A DNA stretch of 40,583 nucleotides from Macrostomum lignano (lineage: Eukaryota), in contig NIVC01002139.1 of NCBI GenBank assembly GCA_002269645.1, positions 1 through 40,583 of the forward strand, written 5' to 3'. The translations under genes and the position numbers were made by a program. The notes beneath the pieces were generated by a model that was given only the letters and a program-made list of their open reading frames with translations, had not been told where the DNA came from and did not search any database. Shown here one piece after another: positions 35,220-40,583 of this stretch (the stretch's first letter is position 1; each line of letters begins with the position of its first letter).

Positions 35220-38200
35220 TTGGTAGCGAGTGTTTGGTAGCGAGTGTTTGGTAGAGAGTGTTTGGTAGTGTTTGATAGCGAGTGTTTGGTAGCGAGTGTT
35301 TGATAGTGTTTGATAGCGAGTGTTTGGTAGCGAGTGTTTGATAGTGTTTGATAGCGAGTGTTTGATAGCGAGTGTTTGATAGCGAGTGTTTGGTAGCTAG
35401 TGTTTGATAGAGAGTGTTTTGTAGCGAGTGTTTGATAGCGAGTGTTTGATAGAGTGTTTGGTAGAGAGTGTTTGGTAGCGAGAGTTTGATAGCGAGAGTT
35501 TGATAGCGAGTGTTTGATAGCGAGTGTTTGATAGCGAGTGTTTGATAGTGTTTGATAGCGAGTGTTTGGTAGCGAGTGTTTGATAGCGAGTGTTTGATAG
35601 CGAGTGTTTGATAGCGAGTGTTTGATAGCGAGTGTTTGATAGCGAGTGTTTGGTAGCGAGTGTTTGATAGCGAGTGTTTGGTAGCGAGTGTTTGATAGAG
35701 TGTTTGATAGCGAGTGTTTGGTAGCGAGTGTTTGACAGAGAGTGTTTGATAGCGAGTGTTTGGTAGCGAGTTTTTGACAGAGAGTGTTTGATAGCGAGTG
35801 TTTGGTAGCGAGTGTTTGATAGAGTGTTTGATAGCGAGTGTTTGATAGAGTGTTTGATAGCGAGTGTTTGATAGCGAGTGTTTGATAGCGAGTGTTTGAT
35901 AGCGAGTGTTTGATAGCGAGTGTTTGGTAGAGTGTTTGGTAGAGAGTGTTTGGTAGCGAGAGTTTGATAGCGAGTGTTTGATAGCGAGTGTTTGATAGAG
36001 TGTTTGATAGCGAGTGTTTGATAGCGAGTGTTTGATAGAGTGTTTGGTAGAGAGTGTTTGGTAGCGAGAGTTTGATAGCGAGAGTTTGATAGCGAGTGTT
36101 TGATAGCGAGTGTTTGATAGCGAGTGTTTGATAGCGAGTGTTTGATAGAGTGTTTGGTAGCTAGTGTTTGATAGCGAGTGTTTGATAGAGTGTTTGATAG
36201 CGAGTGTTTGGTAGCGAGTGTTTGATAGCGAGTGTTTGATAGCGAGTGTTTGATAGTGAGTGTTTGATAGCGAGTGTTTGATAGCGAGGGTTTGGTAGCG
36301 AGTGTTTGATAGAGTGTTTGATAGCGAGTGTTTGGTAGCGAGTGTTTGACAGAGAGTGTTTGATAGCGAGTGTTTGGTAGCGAGTTTTTGACAGAGAGTG
36401 TTTGATAGCGAGTGTTTGGTAGCGAGTGTTTGACAGAGAGTGTTTGATAGCGAGTGTTTGGTAGCGAGTGTTTGACAGAGAGTGTTTGATGGCGAGTGTT
36501 TGATAGAGTGTTTGGTAGCGAGTGTTTGATAGAGTGTTTGATAGAGTGTTTGATAGCGAGTGTTTGATAGCGAGTGTTTGATAGCGAGTGTTTGATAGAG
36601 TGGTTGATAGCGAGTGTTTGGTAGCGAGTGTTTGATAGCGAGTGTTTGATAGCGAGTGTTTGGTAGCGAGTGTTTGATAGCGAGTGTTTGATAGCGAGTG
36701 TTTGATAGCGAGTGTTTGGTAGCTAGTGTTTGATAGCGAGTGTTTGATAGAGTGTTTGATAGCGAGTGTTTGGTAGCTAGTGTTTGATAGCGAGTGTTTT
36801 ATAGCGAGTGTTTGATAGCGAGTGTTTGGTAGCGAGTGTTTGACAGAGAGTGTTTGATAGCGAGTGTTTGGTAGCGAGTGTTTGATAGCGAGTGTTTGAT
36901 AGCGAGTGTTTGGTAGCGAGTGTTTGACAGAGAGTGTTTGATAGCGAGTGTTTGGTAGCGAGTTTTTGACAGAGAGTGTTTGATAGCGAGTGTTTGGTAG
37001 CGAGTGTTTGATAGAGTGTTTGATAGCGAGTGTTTGATAGAGTGTTTGATAGCGAGTGTTTGATAGCGAGTGTTTGATAGCGAGTGTTTGATAGCGAGTG
37101 TTTGATAGCGAGTGTTTGGTAGAGTGTTTGGTAGAGAGTGTTTGGTAGCGAGAGTTTGATAGCGAGTGTTTGATAGCGAGTGTTTGATAGCGAGTGTTTG
37201 ATAGCGAGTGTTTGATAGAGTGTTTGGTAGCTAGTGTTTGATAGCGAGTGTTTGATAGAGTGTTTGATAGCGAGTGTTTGGTAGCGAGTGTTTGATAGCG
37301 AGTGTTTGATAGCGAGTGTTTGATAGCGAGTGTTTGATAGCGAGTGTTTGATAGCGAGGGTTTGGTAGCGAGTGTTTGATAGAGTGTTTGATAGCGAGTG
37401 TTTGGTAGCGAGTGTTTGACAGAGAGTGTTTGATAGCGAGTGTTTGGTAGCGAGTTTTTGACAGAGAGTGTTTGATAGCGAGTGTTTGGTAGCGAGTGTT
37501 TGACAGAGAGTGTTTGATAGCGAGTGTTTGGTAGCGAGTGTTTGACAGAGAGTGTTTGATGGCGAGTGTTTGATAGAGTGTTTGGTAGCGAGTGTTTGAT
37601 AGAGTGTTTGATAGAGTGTTTGATAGCGAGTGTTTGATAGCGAGTGTTTGATAGCGAGTGTTTGATAGCGAGTGTTTGATAGCGAGTGTTTGATAGCGAG
37701 TGTTTGATAGCGAGTGTTTGGTAGCGAGTGTTTGATAGCGAGTGTTTGATAGCGAGTGTTTGATAGCGAGTGTTTGATAGCGAGTGTTTGATAGCGAGTG
37801 TTTGGTAGCTAGTGTTTGATAGCGAGTGTTTGATAGAGTGTTTGGTAGCGAGTGTTTGATAGCGAGTGTTTTATAGCGAGTGTTTGATAGCGAGTGTTTG
37901 ATAGAGTGTTTGGTAGCGAGTGTTTGATAGAGTGTTTGATAGAGTGTTTGATAGCGAGTGTTTGGTAGCGAGTGTTTGATAGCGAGTGTTTGATAGCGAG
38001 TGTTTGATAGCGAGTGTTTGATAGCGAGTGTTTGGTAGCGAGTGTTTGATAGCGAGTGTTTGGTAGCGAGTGTTTGATAGAGTGTTTGATAGCGAGTGTT
38101 TGATAGCGAGTATTTGATAGAGTGTTTGATAGCGAGTGTTTGGTAGCGAGTGTTTGATAGCGAGTGTTTGATAGCGAGTGTTTGGTAGCGAGTGTTTGAT

Positions 38201-38690
38201 AGCGAGTGTTTGATAGCGAGTGTTTGGTAGCGAGTGTTTGATAGAGAGTTTTTGGTAGCGAGTGTTTGACAGCGAGTGTTTGATAGCGAGTGTTTGGTAG
38301 CGAGTGTTTGATGGCGAGTGTTTGGTAGAGAGTGTTTGGTAGCGAGTGTTTGGTAGCGAGTGTTTGGTAGCGAGTGTTTGGTAGAGAGTGTTTGGTAGCG
38401 AGTGTTTGATAGTGTTTGGTAGCGAGTGATTGGTAGCAAGTGTTTGGTAGCGAGTGATTGATAGAGTGTTTGGTAGCGAGTGTTTGATAGAGTGTTTGGT
38501 AGCGAGTGATTGGTAGCGAGTGTTTGGTAGCGAGTGTTTGGTAGCGAGTGTTTGGTAGCGAGTGATTGGTAGCGAGTGTTTGATAGCGAGTGTTTGATAG
38601 CGAGTGTTTGGTAGCGAGTGTTTGGTAGCGAGTGTTTGGTAGCGAGTGTTTGATAGAGAGTGTTTGGTAGCGAGTGTTTGATAGAGAGTT
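35220..38690. repeat. 14-bp minisatellite (GATAGCGAGTGTTT), about 3.5 kb, intronic in the TMTC3-like gene
   Basis: Direct reading, with 12-bp and GGTAG variants. Confidence 0.98.
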
Positions 38691-38790
38691 TATGAGCCGG
38701 TTATTTCTTTGAAAACATAGGAGTGGTGCTTGACACAAAAATCGAACTCAGATTTGAATGCAATGAATTTTACAGAAGCACTAGTATTAC

Positions 38791-39329
38791 CTTAGCCATA
38801 AGCGGCCTGCCCATCTCATTGTGATACATCAGAGCCAAATTGAACAGGGCGCCCGCATTGCCGGGTCCCGATGCAGTGCCCGCCTATAGTAGAGCTCGGC
38901 GGAGCGCAGATCTCGCATGTCCGTGTAAATCATGGCCAAGCTGAACAGCGGGCCTGCATTGTCCGGCTCCAGCTCGGCCAGTTGCTCCAGCATCTGCTTT
39001 GCCGTCTGCCGGTCCGCCCGCCGGCCGGACTGTCCTGCAGCACCGAGGCCGCGTTGTGCAAAGCCAGCCGATGCCGCGGCTCCGACTGCAGGGCCCGACG
39101 AAACCAAAACAGGGCTTCGCGTTTCCGGTTGGCTCGCAATTCCAGCACGCCAATGTTGAACAGGATGTCAGCGTGGTCCGGCCGGTGCTGCAGTGCCAGG
39201 TCGTAGTGCCGGCGGGCCTCCTCGGTGCGGTTCATCCGGATCAGCAGGTCCGCCCGGTTCTGGTGCGCGTCGATAAAGTCCGGCCGCATGTTGATGGCGG
39301 TGAGCAGCAGCTGGTCCGCCTCCGCGTAG
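38791..39329 (-). CDS. TMTC3: TMTC3-like TPR protein (protein O-mannosyltransferase family), penultimate exon, two apparent 1-nt deletions
   Basis: Acceptor ccctgcag, donor AAG|gtaata. Encodes YAEADQLLLTAINMRPDFIDAHQNRADLLIRMNRTEEARRHYDLALQHRPDHADILFNIG...HRLALHNAASVLQ / SGRRADRQTAKQMLEQLAELEPDNAGPLFSLAM...RRALHRDP / GNAGALFNLALMYHNEMGRPLMAK. Colinear with the TMTC3 C-terminal TPRs as I recall them (RPDF, HKLALFN, SALFNLALLY). Confidence 0.85.
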
Positions 39330-39345
39330 CTGCAGGGTATGAGGT

Positions 39346-40583
39346 GCGTATGACCCTAAGTAAACTCGAGTAGTCTATGACCCTAAGTAAACTCGAGTAG
39401 TCTATGACCCTAAGTAAACTCGAGTAGTCTATGACCCTAAGTAAACTCGAGTAGTCTATAACCCTAAGTAAACTCGAGTAGTCTATGACCCTAAGTAAAC
39501 TCGAGTAGTTTATGACCCTAAGTAAACTCGAGTAGTCTATGACCCTAAGTAAACTCGAGTAGTCTATGACCCTAAGTAAACTCGAGCTGCTGTCTATAAC
39601 ACTGAATTAACGGGAGCTGGCAAGCTGCTATGAGCCCCGAGTAAACAGGAATTGCTGCCTATGACCATTAGTAAACAGGAGCTGCTGTCTATGACCCCGA
39701 GTAAACAGGAGCTGCTGTCTATGACCCCGAGTAAACAGGAGCTGCTGTCTATGACCCCGAGTAAACAGGAGCTGCTGTCTATGACCTCGAGTAAACAGGA
39801 GCTGCTGTCTATGACCCCGAGTAAACAGGAATTGCTGCCTATGACCATTAGTAAACAGGAGCTGCTGTCTATGACCCCGAGTAAACAGGAGCTGCTGTCT
39901 ATGACCCCGAGTAAACAGGAGCTGCTGTCTATGACCCCGAGTAAACAGGAGCTGCTGTCTATGACCTCGAGTAAACAGGAGCTGCTGTCTATGACCCCGA
40001 GTAAACAGGAATTGCTGCCTATGACCATTAGTAAACAGGAGCTGCTGTCTATGACCCCGAGTAAACAGGAGCTGCTGTCTATGACCTCGAGTAAACAGGA
40101 GCTGCTGTCTATGACCCCGAGTAAACAGGAGCTGCTGTCTATGACCTCGAGTAAACAGGAGCTGCTGTCTATGACCCCGAGTAAACAGGAGCTGCTGTCT
40201 ATGACCTCGAGTAAACAGGAGCTGCTGTCTATGACCCCGAGTAAACAGGAATTGCTGCTATGACCATTAGTAAACAGGAGCTGCTGTCTATGACCCCGAG
40301 TAAACAGGAGCTGCTGTCTATGACCTCGAGTAAACAGGACTGCTGTCTATGACCCCGAGTAAACAGGAGCTGCTGTCTATGACCCGAGTAAACAGGAGCT
40401 GCTGTCTATGACCTCGAGTAAACAGGAGCTGCTGTCTATGACCCCGAGTAAACAGGAGCTGCTGTCTATGACTCGAGTAAACAGGAGCTGCTGTCTATGA
40501 CCCCGAGTAAACAGGAGCTGCTGTCTATGACCTCGAGTAAACAGGAGCTGCTGTCTATGACCTCGAGTAACAGGAATTGCTGC
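39346..40583. repeat. 27-bp then 30-bp related minisatellite (TATGACCCTAAGTAAACTCGAGTAGTC / TATGACCCCGAGTAAACAGGAGCTGCTGTC)
   Basis: Direct reading. The unit switches at about 39590-39630. Confidence 0.96.

Noticed and set aside
39346-39590. Telomeric TTAGGG in the array units
   Set aside because: There is only one CCCTAA per 27-bp unit, not tandem telomeric repeats. The CCCTAAA at 722-995 is likewise isolated.
37231-40263. Long repetitive ORFs (402, 309 and 203 aa)
   Set aside because: They lie in intronic 14-bp and 30-bp arrays of the TMTC3-like gene.

Overview
Eukaryotic (metazoan) genomic DNA. It has GC3-rich spliced exons, GT-AG introns and an unusually high load of mini- and microsatellites and tRNA-derived SINEs. 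The style fits a repeat-rich invertebrate such as the flatworm Macrostomum, but that assignment is inference. Two minus-strand genes can be rebuilt by hand. (1) A neuregulin-type EGFR/ErbB ligand gene: six frame- and phase-consistent exons at 11275-11464, 6023-6135, 5242-5289, 4858-4933, 529-617 and 344-443 encode Ig(I-set), a Thr-rich linker, EGF and a TM helix. A probable signal-peptide exon lies at 17074-17257, the exons in between are unresolved, and the cytoplasmic exons lie beyond base 1. (2) The last two exons of a TMTC3-like TPR protein (38791-39329, 34045-34604), which need three single-base frame corrections. The rest is about 25 tandem arrays, SINEs and a truncated non-LTR retrotransposon nested in a SINE with a 9-bp TSD. 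Most long ORFs in the supplied track are repeat artefacts. No CRISPR or prokaryotic features were found. Apart from the genes, the most interesting signal is that several arrays appear to be seeded from 5' splice-site or exon-junction sequence of the host gene.
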